DNA of 63,528 nt, the filler included. It is 6 parts of 6 records of this genome, joined end to end, with 100 filler letters (N's around TTAATTAATTAA, not from the genome) between each part and the next. Parts side by side here need not be neighbours in the genome. Positions count along the whole stretch, not along the records: positions 58,059 to 63,528 come from SRR22947725_5874; 5 more parts are not named here. One strand, 5' to 3'. Under the pieces are notes generated by a model. That model was not told the DNA's origin and made no database searches. It saw only the letters and a program-made list of their open reading frames with translations. The translations under genes were made by a program, and so were the position numbers. Positions 62,423 through 63,528 of the stretch are shown here, piece after piece. How positions within the stretch are numbered: position 1 is the stretch's first letter; every line of letters begins with the position of its first letter.

Positions 62423-63139
62423 TTAATAAGATTTTGATAATAGTTCTTTTAGCTCCGATATTTCTGCATCACTAAAATATCTCCATTCTCCAACACGAAT
62501 ATCTAAATTGATATTCATAATTCTAATTCTATTTAATTTTTTAACTCTGTAGCCAAGATGCTCACACATTCTTCTAATTTGTCTGTTCAATCCTTGTGTT
62601 AAAATAATTTTAAATTCGTAATCTTTAACCATTTTTACTTCGCAAGGTCTTGTTACGGTATTCAATATCGGAATTCCTTTACTCATTTGCTTTACAAAGT
62701 CATTATTGATAGGTTTATCAACAGTGACATGATATTCTTTTTCATGTTTGTTTTTAGCTCTAAGAATTTTGTTTACAATGTCACCATCATTAGTTAAAAA
62801 TATTAGGCCTTCTGAAGTTTTATCTAATCTTCCGATTGGAAATATCCTTTTAGGATGATTTATATAATCTATAATATTATCTTTTTCAACTCCTGAGTCA
62901 GTCGTACAAACGATTCCCTTTGGTTTATTTAATATTATATAAATTTTTTTATTTGGTTTTTTTGATATCTTTTCCCCATCTACTGCAATAGTATCCTCTA
63001 AATCAATTTTTTCTCCCATTTCAGCTATCACACCATTTATGGTAACTCTCTCATCAGTAATATATTTATCTGCTTCTCGTCTCGAACAAAATCCAGCTTG
63101 ACTTAAATATTTATTAATTCTAATTTTCTTTTCGTTCAT
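62423..63139 (-). CDS. rluF: 23S rRNA pseudouridine synthase, RluF-like
   Basis: S4 domain RINKYLS..GFCSRREAD, RIFPIGRLDK.SEGL and LTQGLNRQIRRMCE motifs. Confidence 0.88.
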   Translation of the reverse strand: MNEKKIRINKYLSQAGFCSRREADKYITDERVTINGVIAEMGEKIDLEDTIAVDGEKISKKPNKKIYIILNKPKGIVCTTDSGVEKDNIIDYINHPKRIFPIGRLDKTSEGLIFLTNDGDIVNKILRAKNKHEKEYHVTVDKPINNDFVKQMSKGIPILNTVTRPCEVKMVKDYEFKIILTQGLNRQIRRMCEHLGYRVKKLNRIRIMNINLDIRVGEWRYFSDAEISELKELLSKSY

Positions 63140-63148
63140 TTTTTTAAT

Positions 63149-63528
63149 TTATAAAGTAGTTAATCCCTCTGGCAAGTCAAATGTTAAAGTTTTTTTATCC
63201 CTATTAATTTGAATTAAAAAATCATCAACTAATGGAATCATAGTTTCATTTAATCCATCATTAACTACAATAATTGGTTGAGAAGTTTGATCATTCACCT
63301 CCTTAACTTTTCCAATATTTCCAAGACTTAAGTCTAATACTGTGAAATTTTTAATTTCGTGATAATAAAATTTATTACCATTTAACTTAGGTAAATCTTT
63401 AATAGGAAGATAGGTTTTAATCTTAAGAATCTTGTTGGCTTTTTCTTCTGAATCAATATTTTCAAACTTAATTCTTAAAAGGCTTGATTTATGAAGTTTA
63501 ATATTGTCAATTGAATGAGGAACTATTG
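63149..63528 (-). CDS. rimM: ribosome maturation factor RimM, C-terminal part; runs off the window edge
   Basis: Manual translation ...LPKLNGNKFYYHEI..FTVLD...GKVKEVND...MIPLVDDF...DLPEGL*. Not in the ORF track. Confidence 0.9.
   Translation of the reverse strand, partial: IVPHSIDNIKLHKSSLLRIKFENIDSEEKANKILKIKTYLPIKDLPKLNGNKFYYHEIKNFTVLDLSLGNIGKVKEVNDQTSQPIIVVNDGLNETMIPLVDDFLIQINRDKKTLTFDLPEGLTTL

Overview
This window is a concatenation of six unrelated contigs joined by artificial N44-TTAATTAATTAA-N44 linkers. (1) 1-10217, AT-rich alphaproteobacterium: hemC, tsaD, gpsA, an ArnT/GT2 lipid A-modification trio, pepA-like, hisN-like, cytochrome c, kdsB, pheA and a partial SRP RNA. (2) 10318-21299, gammaproteobacterium: rplS-xerD-dsbC-hom-thrC-hopJ-like-recJ, uup, frameshifted prfB and lysS. 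(3) 21400-33752, probable marine gammaproteobacterium with lipid-oxidation enzymes (AGMO-like, P450, BVMO, thioesterase) and peptidases. (4) 33853-47164, a GC-rich, very compact green-algal nuclear contig with GT-AG introns: EndoG, GH39-like, MAU2-like, HisC, Dsn1-like, CPN60A, YCF54, CCB4 and a GNAT. (5) 47265-57958, PVC/Verrucomicrobia-type S10-spc-alpha ribosomal protein cluster lacking rpmD and adk, with a degenerate infA-like gene. (6) 58059-63528, flavobacterium: tRNA-Leu, a recombinase remnant, GH16, an FAD oxidoreductase, a YncD/PqqU-like TonB receptor, rluF and rimM. Taxon assignments are inferences from gene content and composition. The most striking signals lie outside the ORF track, in the algal contig: a circularly permuted tRNA-Pro(UGG) gene (3' half upstream of 5' half, 35521-35598, minus strand) and an intron-encoded C/D-box snoRNA candidate with a 15-nt LSU rRNA guide inside EndoG intron 1.
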